Shown here: in pieces, positions 23,166 to 31,124 of the stretch
Numbering within the stretch: the stretch's first letter is position 1
Layout of the letters: each line of letters starts with the position of its first letter
DNA from: Fibrobacter succinogenes subsp. succinogenes S85
GTDB lineage: Bacteria > Fibrobacterota > Fibrobacteria > Fibrobacterales > Fibrobacteraceae
Length of the DNA stretch: 32,000 nucleotides
Direction: 5' to 3'
Assembly (NCBI RefSeq): GCF_000146505.1
Contig: NC_017448.1
Location: 2,790,001-2,822,000, forward strand
The notes under the pieces: model-generated
The model's input: the letters and a program-made list of their open reading frames with translations, nothing else
What the model was told of the DNA's origin: nothing
Database searches by the model: none
Translations under genes and position numbers: made by a program

Positions 23166-24877
23166 TGGAAGATCTTGTCGCCTCAACTTTGTCCTCTACG
23201 CTAAAGATTCCGCATGCGGTCGCGAGGTTCTTGGTCTCGCGCGGCATCAAGACTGTTTCTGATGCGTACCACATGCTGTGCTCTAGCGAGAGCGACGTGC
23301 ATGACCCCTTCCTCATGATGGGGATGGACAAGGCTGTGGAATGGATACTTGCGGTTCGCGAACGTGGCGAGCGCGTGTTCATTTTTGGCGACTACGACCT
23401 GGACGGCATGACGTCCGTGACGCTTTTGACCCGCTGCTTAAAGACTGTGGGTATTGAATCTGAATGGCGACTCCCGAACCGCTTTGGCGATGGCTACGGA
23501 CTTTCGGTTTCTGCCGTCGACGAAATGTATGAGGCGGGTGCTCGCAACTTGATTACCGTGGATACGGGCATTACCGCAAACGTGGAAATTGCACATGCCA
23601 AGGAACTCGGCATGGCAGTCATGGTCATGGACCATCATCAGCCGTCGGGCGATGGGCTCCCGGTAAGCGATGTGCTTTTGGACCCGCATCAGGAAGGCGA
23701 CAATTACCCGAACCCGGAACTTTGCGGTGTCGGCGTTTCGTACAAGTTTATTTGCGCCTTGTTTAGCCGACTTGGCATAAAGGCTCCGGTGGAATATCTG
23801 GACTTGGTCGCCCTCGGGACGCTTGCGGACCTTGTGCAGATGACGCCTGAAAACCGCTATTTTACGCGTACCGGGCTCGAAAGTCTCAAGAACAGCCGTT
23901 GGCCTGGCGTACAAGAAATGTACACCTCCCTCATGAAACCCCATAGCTGTGTGGGTGGCATCGACGTGATGTACAAGCTTGCACCGCTCCTCAACGCACC
24001 TGGCCGCATGGAACGCCCGGACCCAGCCCTCAAACTTCTTTTGTGCGAAAACAAAGGCGAGGCAGGCAAGCTCTTGGAAGAGCTGAAAGATTGGAACGCC
24101 CGCCGCAAGCAAAAGGAAGCCGAAATCACCGAAATGGCGATGGAACAGGTCAAGGCTCTTTACGGCGACACCATCCCGACCGTGATTGTAGTTGCCGGCG
24201 AAAACTGGCATGTGGGCGTGATTGGCATTGTCGCGGCAAAGCTTGCCCAGGAATTCCACAGGCCTTCGGCCGTGCTGTCAATTATCAACGGCATGGCTCA
24301 TGCGAGCGCCCGTGCAGTTCCTGGATTCAACTGGCACAAGGCCCTTTTTGACAGCCGTGAACTTTTTGATCGCTGGGGCGGACACGCCAATGCGGCGGGA
24401 TTTTCGCTCGAAGCGGGCAAGATTGAAGAACTCCGCGGGCGCCTTTTGCAATCCGCAAAAGACCAGGGCTATACCGGCGAGGTGATCAACACTGATGAAT
24501 CGTACCCGTACGACATCAAGATTGCGCTCCGCGAACTGACCGTAGAAACGCGTGTGCCGACAGGGCGTTATCCGATTCGTGAACGCTCGATTCTCGAGTT
24601 CATCGACTTGCTCGAACCGTTTGGCGGAAACTTCCCGTATCCCGCATTCCGTGCCGAAAACGTGACCGTCCATCGCGTGCGTGAACTTCGCGGCGGACAC
24701 CTGCAGATGGAAATTTCGCAGGCGGGGAGTGCCGTTTTCCCGGCTATCGCCTTTGGACTGCGCAAGAGTAAGGCTTTGCTCGGGCGCTCCCGCCCGGTGA
24801 CGGTCGTATTCGAGCCGATTTGGAATTACTATAACAACACCAAGACGGTGCAGCTTTGCATCAAGTCCATCGAGTAG
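23165..24877 (+). CDS. recJ: Single-stranded-DNA-specific exonuclease RecJ
   Basis: DHH motifs IFGDYDLDGMTS, ITVDTGI and VMDHH, plus DHHA1 GGHANAAGFS. TAATG overlap with holB. Confidence 0.93.
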   Translation: MEDLVASTLSSTLKIPHAVARFLVSRGIKTVSDAYHMLCSSESDVHDPFLMMGMDKAVEWILAVRERGERVFIFGDYDLDGMTSVTLLTRCLKTVGIESEWRLPNRFGDGYGLSVSAVDEMYEAGARNLITVDTGITANVEIAHAKELGMAVMVMDHHQPSGDGLPVSDVLLDPHQEGDNYPNPELCGVGVSYKFICALFSRLGIKAPVEYLDLVALGTLADLVQMTPENRYFTRTGLESLKNSRWPGVQEMYTSLMKPHSCVGGIDVMYKLAPLLNAPGRMERPDPALKLLLCENKGEAGKLLEELKDWNARRKQKEAEITEMAMEQVKALYGDTIPTVIVVAGENWHVGVIGIVAAKLAQEFHRPSAVLSIINGMAHASARAVPGFNWHKALFDSRELFDRWGGHANAAGFSLEAGKIEELRGRLLQSAKDQGYTGEVINTDESYPYDIKIALRELTVETRVPTGRYPIRERSILEFIDLLEPFGGNFPYPAFRAENVTVHRVRELRGGHLQMEISQAGSAVFPAIAFGLRKSKALLGRSRPVTVVFEPIWNYYNNTKTVQLCIKSIE

Positions 24878-24881
24878 TGCT

Positions 24882-25397
24882 ATGCTAAAACGTAACGCTC
24901 CATTGCTCGCTTTTGCTCTCGTCTTTGTGGCTGTGCTGTACTTTGTCTACAGCATCCCGCAGTACGAACCTATCGTAGATGTTGAAGAAGAAGAGGAAGT
25001 CCCCGAAGAGGCTTTTACCGGTCGCGTGGAAATGCCCTCGATTGACGAAATCTACGTGATTGAAAATACCGCAGGTCGAGACTTGAACAAGCTTGCGATG
25101 TTTTTGGAAGGGCGTGCAGCAGGCCTGCATTACCTCTCCTCGGAGTATTTCAAGAAAATCCGTGTGAGCCGCAAGGGGCATAAGTTCTTCAAGTCCGATG
25201 ACGACGTGTTCCTCGGGCTGCACCTTACGCTTGATAGCCTTGGTCGCTTCAAGGACCCGCAAATCATGTTTACGAGTTCTGATAACGATGTGTTCAAAGT
25301 GAAGCTCCTAAAGCACGTTGAATATTTCTGGCGTCTCCCACCGAGCAAGCAGGGCAAGCTTGAAATCTGGATCCCCATTCGCTTTCACGCAAATTAG
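24882..25397 (+). CDS. Membrane-anchored hypothetical protein (acidic linker, about 120-aa C-terminal domain)
   Basis: N-terminal TM helix (PLLAFALVFVAVLYFVY), then EEEEEVPEE. Starts 4 nt after recJ. The C-terminal domain is not recognised; resemblance to a TonB C-terminal domain is only vague. Confidence 0.6.
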   Translation: MLKRNAPLLAFALVFVAVLYFVYSIPQYEPIVDVEEEEEVPEEAFTGRVEMPSIDEIYVIENTAGRDLNKLAMFLEGRAAGLHYLSSEYFKKIRVSRKGHKFFKSDDDVFLGLHLTLDSLGRFKDPQIMFTSSDNDVFKVKLLKHVEYFWRLPPSKQGKLEIWIPIRFHAN

Positions 25398-25413
25398 TCG
25401 TTGGTAAAAGAAA

Positions 25414-25433
25414 AGCCCCACTAAGGTGGGGCT
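25414..25433 (-). terminator. Rho-independent terminator for the 141-aa minus-strand gene
   Basis: Minus strand: AGCCCCAC-ctta-GTGGGGCT followed by TTTTCTTTT. Confidence 0.65.
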
Positions 25434-25452
25434 AGACAAAAGTCATTATAGA

Positions 25453-25475
25453 CGCAAATAGTTTGCGCTTTTTTT
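25453..25475 (+). terminator. Rho-independent terminator for the recJ-containing operon
   Basis: CGCAAA-tag-TTTGCG followed by CTTTTTTT. Confidence 0.65.
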
Positions 25476-25493
25476 GCGTTTTGGAGTGAGCGA

Positions 25494-25919
25494 TTAAGCT
25501 CTCAAGATTTCGACGAGCTGCTTCGCGTTTTTTTCGATAAGCACGAATGCTTCGAACATGCGGGCTTCACGCCACTTGGTCAGGTACTTCGTCTGCCAGT
25601 CTACCGCAATCATGTCCGGATCTTTGGGGCCGTTTTCGTTCTGGTACCAGACTTCCTTCGTGATTTCGCGAATCATGGCGCCCATTTCGGCGGCCGGCTG
25701 CAAGGAACCTTTGCAGAGTAGGAGGGCGCGGAGGTTGTCGAGGAGGATTTCGTCAGAAGGCTGTTCGGCATCTTCGCGGGCGCATTCCCAAATTTCTTCG
25801 CGGTGGCGCTCGGTCCAGCCGATCAAGTACTTTTTGGTCTTTTCGAGCTCGCCCTTGGCAAGCTTTTCGTCGACCGCTTCGCGCGGATAATATATGCTGT
25901 TTGGATAGAATTCAATCAT
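25494..25919 (-). CDS. Cytoplasmic hypothetical protein (141 aa)
   Basis: Clean ORF with a strong GGGAGG 5 nt upstream of ATG 25919. No family recognised by eye. Confidence 0.65.
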   Translation of the reverse strand: MIEFYPNSIYYPREAVDEKLAKGELEKTKKYLIGWTERHREEIWECAREDAEQPSDEILLDNLRALLLCKGSLQPAAEMGAMIREITKEVWYQNENGPKDPDMIAVDWQTKYLTKWREARMFEAFVLIEKNAKQLVEILRA

Positions 25920-25957
25920 GATCTACCTCCCTTCTGCGAAGTGAAGCACAAAAACAA

Positions 25958-26040
<83 letters not shown>

Positions 26041-26055
26041 AGGTTGTGCGAGCAG

Positions 26056-26064
26056 AATATAGCA
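26056..26064 (-). promoter_or_regulatory. Possible extended -10 promoter of tRNA-Leu(UAA)
   Basis: Minus strand TGcTATATT, ending 15 nt before the tRNA 5' end. No good -35 element. Confidence 0.35.
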
Positions 26065-26160
26065 AATTTGAGTAGGATAGTTTACATGATTACGGAATTT
26101 AACATGGTTTTTATCACATTTTTCCTTAAAAATTTCTTTTCTGTTTATAAATGTTTACTT

Positions 26161-26188
26161 TTGAGAGCGTGTTATTATATATTATAAA
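26161..26188 (+). promoter_or_regulatory. Possible sigma70-type promoter of the pilin-like gene pair
   Basis: TTGAGA (26161-26166), 16 nt, TATAAA (26183-26188), inside a roughly 215-nt strongly AT-rich spacer with repeated T/A tracts. Confidence 0.35.
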
Positions 26189-26258
26189 TTGGACCAAAAC
26201 GGAATAACTAGCTCCTTTTATTGTTAATTTTGATTCGGTCCTGCTTGGAGATTTCAGT

Positions 26259-26801
26259 ATGTTGAATCATGGTTCTAAAAAGAACGGCTATACCCTGGTA
26301 GAAGTCCTTGTCGTTGTGACGATTATGGGCGTTTTATCGTCTATGGGTGTGGCTGGGCTGCATGGTGCCGTGGTCAATAGCCGAATGAAGGATGTTTCCT
26401 TGAATACAGCCGCGTTTTTGGAACGTATGGCGAACGAGGCGAACAGAATGTCCAAGCGCCTTTGCGTCAAGATGGCTAACGATACCGAACAGGAACTTCA
26501 AGTTTTCTTTTCAAATGATTGCAACAACCTTGAGAGTGCGGAAATATTCGAAACGTTTACTATCGAATCTCCGGCAAGGTTTGGTTGCAACGATGTCGAT
26601 TTGGCCGTGTTTTCAGGTACCGACTGGGCGCAACATGGAGCCTTGTTTATTCCGCGTCTTGGACTTTCTGCAGCTCCATCCGAAGGGTATGTGTGCATGC
26701 AGTATGGAACGAGCAGTGTTTATGGTCTAGTTGAAAAAACGAGAGACAACAATATGCTTGTTCCTAGATGGAGATCTGGTAGTTATTGGGATAAACTGTA
26801 G
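26259..26801 (+). CDS. Prepilin-type N-terminal cleavage/methylation domain protein (type IV pilin/pseudopilin-like)
   Basis: MLNHGSKKNG|YTLVEVLVVVTIMGVLSSMG: Gly at -1, Glu at +5 and a hydrophobic helix. GGAG lies 9 nt upstream of the ATG. Confidence 0.85.
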   Translation: MLNHGSKKNGYTLVEVLVVVTIMGVLSSMGVAGLHGAVVNSRMKDVSLNTAAFLERMANEANRMSKRLCVKMANDTEQELQVFFSNDCNNLESAEIFETFTIESPARFGCNDVDLAVFSGTDWAQHGALFIPRLGLSAAPSEGYVCMQYGTSSVYGLVEKTRDNNMLVPRWRSGSYWDKL

Positions 26802-26808
26802 GTACACT

Positions 26809-27270
26809 ATGACGAATCTTTTGAAAAATAAAAAAGGCTTCGGTATCGTAGAGATCTTGGTCGCTGCAGCGGTCTTGGGTTTTATGTACATGGCCATTTT
26901 GAACATGCAAGGCGGTAACCGCGATGCTTTGTTGCGTATTCGCGGTCGTGATGGCGCTATTGAAGTGGCTCAACAGGTTTTGGATTCCCTCAAGTCTGTC
27001 GGTATAGCTGCAATCCCTTCGAAAGATGCTGAAGATACCGTTTTTGATGTGCCTGAAATCAACCGTAAATGGGCTCGTGGCCTCGGTGATTCGGCGACAG
27101 TGACGTATTCGTCGCAGGTAACTGTTTCGCCAACACAAGACTATACTTCACAGACTCCGTCGCAGTTTGAATCTATTTCGCACGTTTACGCCAAACAGGT
27201 GAAAGTCAAAGTCTCCTGGAACTTCAAAGGCTCCACGCAGTCTATAGAAGTCTCAAGTGTCATTAGATAG
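26809..27270 (+). CDS. Prepilin-type N-terminal cleavage/methylation domain protein (second pilin-like gene)
   Basis: MTNLLKNKKG|FGIVEILVAAAVLGFMYMAIL with Glu at +5. Start taken at ATG 26809, 7 nt after the preceding stop; the ORF-track start 26731 overlaps the previous gene. Confidence 0.82.
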   Translation: MTNLLKNKKGFGIVEILVAAAVLGFMYMAILNMQGGNRDALLRIRGRDGAIEVAQQVLDSLKSVGIAAIPSKDAEDTVFDVPEINRKWARGLGDSATVTYSSQVTVSPTQDYTSQTPSQFESISHVYAKQVKVKVSWNFKGSTQSIEVSSVIR

Positions 27271-27370
27271 TTAGGTATGGGGTATGGGCTCGGCACTTCG
27301 TGCCTTTGAGGTATGGGCTATTACCCCAAAGCGAAGCGACCTCATACCCCAAAGCACCGTAGGTGCGCGC
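27271..27370. repeat. Composite palindromic intergenic element built from heptad modules
   Basis: GGTATGG GGTATGG in tandem (27274-27287). Hairpins GGCAC-TTC-GTGCC (27292-27304) and GCACC-GTA-GGTGC (27354-27366). Arms 27292-27318 and 27338-27366 are inverted copies. 27323-27357 matches 4380-4414 at 28 of 35 positions, heptad for heptad. Confidence 0.75.
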
Positions 27371-28738
27371 TCATTGCCCTAAAATGTGCATAATCACGGG
27401 CCGGTTCTTGCCGGCTTCTGTTTTATGTATTGTGAGCTTGCCGGTGCTATCGTAACTGAACTGCTCGCCGACGCGTTCGCCGTTCACGTAGTTGAGGCTG
27501 TCTTTCAATATGCCGCTCGGGTACCAGTTGCGCCAGATGCCGTGGCGTTTGGATTTGTTGTCTTTTGGATCTTGTTGCCAGAACCCTTCGCTTGCCATTT
27601 TGCCACCCATGCTGTCTGGGTAGAAACTGCGGCTTGTTTGAATATGCGGTGTGCTGTGCGAGCTATCGGCGGTGCTATCCTCGCGTACCCAGAGTTCTTC
27701 GTACAAAAGAACGTGTCCTTTTTGAATGTAACGGAGTGTTGCCGGATACTTGCCTATGCTTTGTTTGAAATCGTCTTTGAGACTTAAAGTGCAAGAGTCA
27801 AGCGTTCCATTGGGTTCTGAAGAACGGACGAATAGGGTTTCTGCACAGAACAGCGTGGAAGAATTTGCGCATGTTCCGTAAGCGATGCCGGTAACTTCGG
27901 ATTTATTTGTGGAATCTTCCGCAATAAAACTGCTTTCTCGGACAATGTTGTTGTTCTCGTCGAACCACTGTATTTTTTCACGCCCCTTGAAAAAGCTTGA
28001 CTTGATTTTTTTGATGAGGGAACCGTCTGCCCTGTAGAATGTTAGAGGCAATGGAGCGAATTGACTTTGTATAACCCCCTCTTCCATGATTTGCGCTTGT
28101 TCGCAATTTCCGGCGGCAGAATCAACGGGTCCGTATGATTCGTAGTATTTTTTGTAATTGCCTTCTAAATAGCCGTTCACGCAATCGTAGTATTCCGTGA
28201 TTTTGCAGTTTCTCCCAAAACGCTTGACATATCCGTTGGCTTCATGGCATCTATTTTCTTCGGCAAGTACTCCGTTGTCGTGAAAATGTTTCCACACTCC
28301 GATGTGGTTCCCGTTGTCGTCGTAATGCCTTTCAATTGCTTTTACCCCATTGTGGTGCCATCCTTCCCAGTCGCCAACAGGGTGGTCATCCTTGTAATAC
28401 TGGACCGCTTCAACTTTCTTGTTCTGGTAGTAGACCGTCCACTTGCCGTCTTTTTTCCCTTTGTTGTAGCGTCCGATCATCGCGACATCGCCAAAGCCTG
28501 TCCAACGTTTGAATTCACCATGCGGGAGGCTGTCTTCGTAAGGAATTTCGAGTTCCTTGATGCCGTCGTTGTACCATTCGTTACGCTTGAGGATGGTTCC
28601 GTCAGGGTAGACCCAGATGGATGTCTTTTTGACGCCATTTGCGTGCCTTGCGAGGATATGTTCTTCAGCCCGCTCGACTGTACAGCCGGCGAAATAGCAT
28701 AAAATGGCAAAAAAGGCGATTAAATGACGGAGTCTCAT
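27371..28738 (-). CDS. Lipoprotein with MORN-variant (YwqK-like) repeats
   Basis: Lipobox at MRLRHLIAFFAILCYFAGC when started at ATG 28738. Repeats of the G-x-W-x-x-Y/W-x-x-N-G type (DGKWTVYYQNKK, VGDWEGWHHNGV, IGVWKHFHDNGV, HGIWRNWYPSGI). Confidence 0.8.
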   Translation of the reverse strand: MRLRHLIAFFAILCYFAGCTVERAEEHILARHANGVKKTSIWVYPDGTILKRNEWYNDGIKELEIPYEDSLPHGEFKRWTGFGDVAMIGRYNKGKKDGKWTVYYQNKKVEAVQYYKDDHPVGDWEGWHHNGVKAIERHYDDNGNHIGVWKHFHDNGVLAEENRCHEANGYVKRFGRNCKITEYYDCVNGYLEGNYKKYYESYGPVDSAAGNCEQAQIMEEGVIQSQFAPLPLTFYRADGSLIKKIKSSFFKGREKIQWFDENNNIVRESSFIAEDSTNKSEVTGIAYGTCANSSTLFCAETLFVRSSEPNGTLDSCTLSLKDDFKQSIGKYPATLRYIQKGHVLLYEELWVREDSTADSSHSTPHIQTSRSFYPDSMGGKMASEGFWQQDPKDNKSKRHGIWRNWYPSGILKDSLNYVNGERVGEQFSYDSTGKLTIHKTEAGKNRPVIMHILGQ

Positions 28739-28814
28739 TGTTCGTAAAGTAGAAAAAAAGTAATTTCTAGATGTGAACGGACAGACGAAAAAATCAATTG
28801 CAGAAACTTTGCAC

Positions 28815-29558
28815 ATGAAAATCCAGACGCCCTGGATTTGGCTTGTCGTCGTCCTTACGATTTGCCTCACGGCACTGTTTTACGTTTCGCAAAAACCGCA
28901 GGTTGCCGTTTATTCCCAATACGTGAAGTCGCTTTGCGATTACCAGTTTGCCGATGCAAGCCTCATGCGCTCAATGGAACGTGTCCGTAGCGGTTACGAG
29001 GTGGATTCGGCGGTGGTGCTTGCGCAGATGATGACGCTCCGTGAAGTGGCGCTCTCGTTTGATGCTGGCATCCAAAAGCTCGAACAGGCGGGCTTTTCTG
29101 CGCCTCCGGCTTCCTCGGTTTCGCATTTCAAGTCGAGCGTGTTGGCGAAGGTTTCTTGCTCGCAGCGCTACCTTTCGGAACGTTCCGCTTGGATCAATGA
29201 ACTGGAGAATGTTTACCGCTTGATGGAGATGAACGCTTCGGAAATGGATTTATCGCTTTTGCGCAAGCTTGATTCTGCGCGTGCAGGGTACGACGTGTTG
29301 ACGGAGGGCCTCGTGTTGCCGGAGTCGATTAACAAGCGAGTGGTGTCGTTGCTTGAGAAAAATCGGGATTTGCATAATGCCTGGAACCAGTTCGATAATG
29401 AAAAAACGTTGAGCGCAAGTGACGAACTGCTCCATTTTTTTCAGATGGAAAATGTGAAGGAAATTTCGCTGTCGGCGAAGGTCCCGCTTGCGTTTTACTT
29501 TTTGTCGCTGGTCCTTTTGCTAGCCACGTTCTTCTTTATATTCAAGTCTAAACAGTAA
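28815..29558 (+). CDS. Two-TM protein with an all-helical, internally duplicated periplasmic domain (possible DAHL-like sensor module, no output domain)
   Basis: TM helices at both ends (WIWLVVVLTICLTALFYV; LAFYFLSLVLLLATFFFIF). Internal duplication LMRSMERVRSGYEVDS / LLRKLDSARAGYDVLT. Start at ATG 28815; the alternative is GTG 28773. Confidence 0.6.
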   Translation: MKIQTPWIWLVVVLTICLTALFYVSQKPQVAVYSQYVKSLCDYQFADASLMRSMERVRSGYEVDSAVVLAQMMTLREVALSFDAGIQKLEQAGFSAPPASSVSHFKSSVLAKVSCSQRYLSERSAWINELENVYRLMEMNASEMDLSLLRKLDSARAGYDVLTEGLVLPESINKRVVSLLEKNRDLHNAWNQFDNEKTLSASDELLHFFQMENVKEISLSAKVPLAFYFLSLVLLLATFFFIFKSKQ

Positions 29559-29567
29559 GGAATTGCA

Positions 29568-30188
29568 ATGTCTGTTTTTCGTGTCCGTAAAATCGCTTTT
29601 ATCAATTTTGGTCTGCTGCTGATTTTCCTTGCGAGTTGGATTTCGTGGTACATCTATCCGTTGGCGAGGAGTATCACGAAGGAATATAATGCCGTTGAAA
29701 TGACCGACGGCTCGGTTGAATATGGGCTCACAAAAGAGCTCGGGTTCCTTTCGGAAGATGTCTTTTACGGCAAGGTGAGCTATGCCGCGGTTCCGAGCCT
29801 GTTCGGCGGTTCGAACATCCCATTCTTTGATAAAATCTATTTCCAGCTTAATGGGGATTCCAAGTGTACGTTCGTCCTTTATGCGACCGATGAAATTCTG
29901 GATGAACTTGCAGAATGGTACGATTTTTCGGCAACGAACGCTAGCAATGTCTCGATGGAAGTCCGTGCGGTCAAGGTGGGCGACAAGTATATTGTGAAGT
30001 CTATGGAATCGACGGAAGGCGAGCTCAGCTGGGAATTCCTGATGGATGGTTATCATTTCTACTGGTGCTTCTTGGGCATCGGTTTGGTTGCTTTTATGTT
30101 CTTTGTTGGGCTGGTGCTGATTATTGTCGGGGTTATCCATAAACCGTATCGGGCAGAGAACGTGATTCCGCTGAATGGCGAGTCGTAA
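29568..30188 (+). CDS. Two-TM hypothetical membrane protein
   Basis: AGGA lies 6 nt upstream of the ATG. N- and C-terminal TM helices flank a roughly 140-aa domain. The stop overlaps the next start (TAATG). Confidence 0.6.
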   Translation: MSVFRVRKIAFINFGLLLIFLASWISWYIYPLARSITKEYNAVEMTDGSVEYGLTKELGFLSEDVFYGKVSYAAVPSLFGGSNIPFFDKIYFQLNGDSKCTFVLYATDEILDELAEWYDFSATNASNVSMEVRAVKVGDKYIVKSMESTEGELSWEFLMDGYHFYWCFLGIGLVAFMFFVGLVLIIVGVIHKPYRAENVIPLNGES

Positions 30189-30922
30189 TGAAACTGTTTA
30201 GCTTTGCGGTCTTACTGTTTGCTTTATTGCTTTCAAGTGTTCCTGTGCTTGCTGTACCGGATTCGCTTTTGGTTGATGTGCGGGGAACGTCTTTCCAGAG
30301 TCCAACGGGCATTTGGTGGCCGAAAGCTGCTAAAGCGAAAGTGAAGACTTTGCGCAAGACTGCGCCGGTTGTCGTGTGGTTCCATGGCGGTATGGGGAGC
30401 GCAAATTGTGCGAAAGGGCTTGTCGCCGGTACTGATTTTGCTGAACTTTATCCTGAAAAAATAGTGGTGAGTGTTTCGGCTTGCCGTGAGAATCACTGGG
30501 GCTCGCCGGCTGCAATTACTGCTGTCGATGCGGCGCTTGATTCTATTGCCGCTCGCAGGAAAGCTCCGGTGGAACGTGTTTCGCTGGTGGGCGTTTCGGA
30601 CGGTTCGTTGGGAGTGCTTGTCTATTCGCTTGAAGGCCGTCGTGCGGTAGAAGACCGTTTGCTTATGAGCTCGTTTGGGGCGTTCTTGGGTGAGCCTGCG
30701 GGGCTTGCGTCACCGAAGAAAATGCGGACGGGACGTTTCCGCTTTTTGCAGGGCGGCAAGGACAGGCTGTATCCGTCGGACCAGACTGTGCCGTGGATTA
30801 CGGAATTTTGCAAGGCTGTTCAGGTGGACTGCGAACTCCGGTTCGACCCCGAAGGCGAACACGACTGGAGCTACTGGAAGGCTAAACGGATGGACTGGAT
30901 CCGCGACGCCATCCGTAAATAA
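30188..30922 (+). CDS. Secreted alpha/beta-hydrolase (esterase-like)
   Basis: Signal peptide MKLFSFAVLLFALLLSSVPVLA, oxyanion-region VVVWFHGGMGS, nucleophile elbow G-V-S-D-G (LVGVSDGSLG), and candidate Asp (GGKDRLYP) and His (EGEHDW). Confidence 0.7.
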   Translation: MKLFSFAVLLFALLLSSVPVLAVPDSLLVDVRGTSFQSPTGIWWPKAAKAKVKTLRKTAPVVVWFHGGMGSANCAKGLVAGTDFAELYPEKIVVSVSACRENHWGSPAAITAVDAALDSIAARRKAPVERVSLVGVSDGSLGVLVYSLEGRRAVEDRLLMSSFGAFLGEPAGLASPKKMRTGRFRFLQGGKDRLYPSDQTVPWITEFCKAVQVDCELRFDPEGEHDWSYWKAKRMDWIRDAIRK

Positions 30923-30943
30923 GTGCCAAATTTCCGCCACCCC

Positions 30944-30972
30944 TTGACAAATAGGTGTTTTTTTTCAAAATT
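30944..30972 (+). promoter_or_regulatory. Putative sigma70-type promoter of tRNA-Leu(CAG)
   Basis: cccTTGACA (30944-30949), then 16-17 nt, then CAAAAT/AAAATT (30966-30972), about 12 nt before the tRNA 5' end. Shares the CCCTTGACAA box with the tRNA-Phe promoter. Confidence 0.5.
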
Positions 30973-30983
30973 TGGTTCACCAC

Positions 30984-31067
30984 GCGGATGTGGTGGAACT
31001 GGTAGACACGCTAGATTCAGGTTCTAGTGCTCGCAAGGGCATGAAGGTTCAAGTCCTTTCATCCGCA
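30984..31067 (+). tRNA. tRNA-Leu (anticodon CAG)
   Basis: GCGGATGTGGTGGAACTGGTAGACAC-GCTAGA-TTCAGGT-TCTAG, a long variable arm, GAAGG-TTCAAGT-CCTTT, then CATCCGC-A. Confidence 0.92.
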
Positions 31068-31070
31068 CTG

Positions 31071-31106
31071 AAAAACCCGGTAGTTCGCTATCGGGTTTTT
31101 CGTTTT
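31071..31106 (+). terminator. Rho-independent terminator of tRNA-Leu(CAG)
   Basis: AAAAACCCG, a 12-nt loop, CGGGTTTTT, then CGTTTT. Confidence 0.7.
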
Positions 31107-31124
31107 GCTATTGTTGAGTTGGAT

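Noticed and set aside
26180-26258. Sigma54 (-24 GG / -12 GC) promoter upstream of the pilin-like genes, as is common for pilin genes elsewhere.
   Set aside because: TTGGACCAAAACGGAAT has the GG but no correctly spaced TTGC. No other TGGCAC-N5-TTGC-like match is visible.
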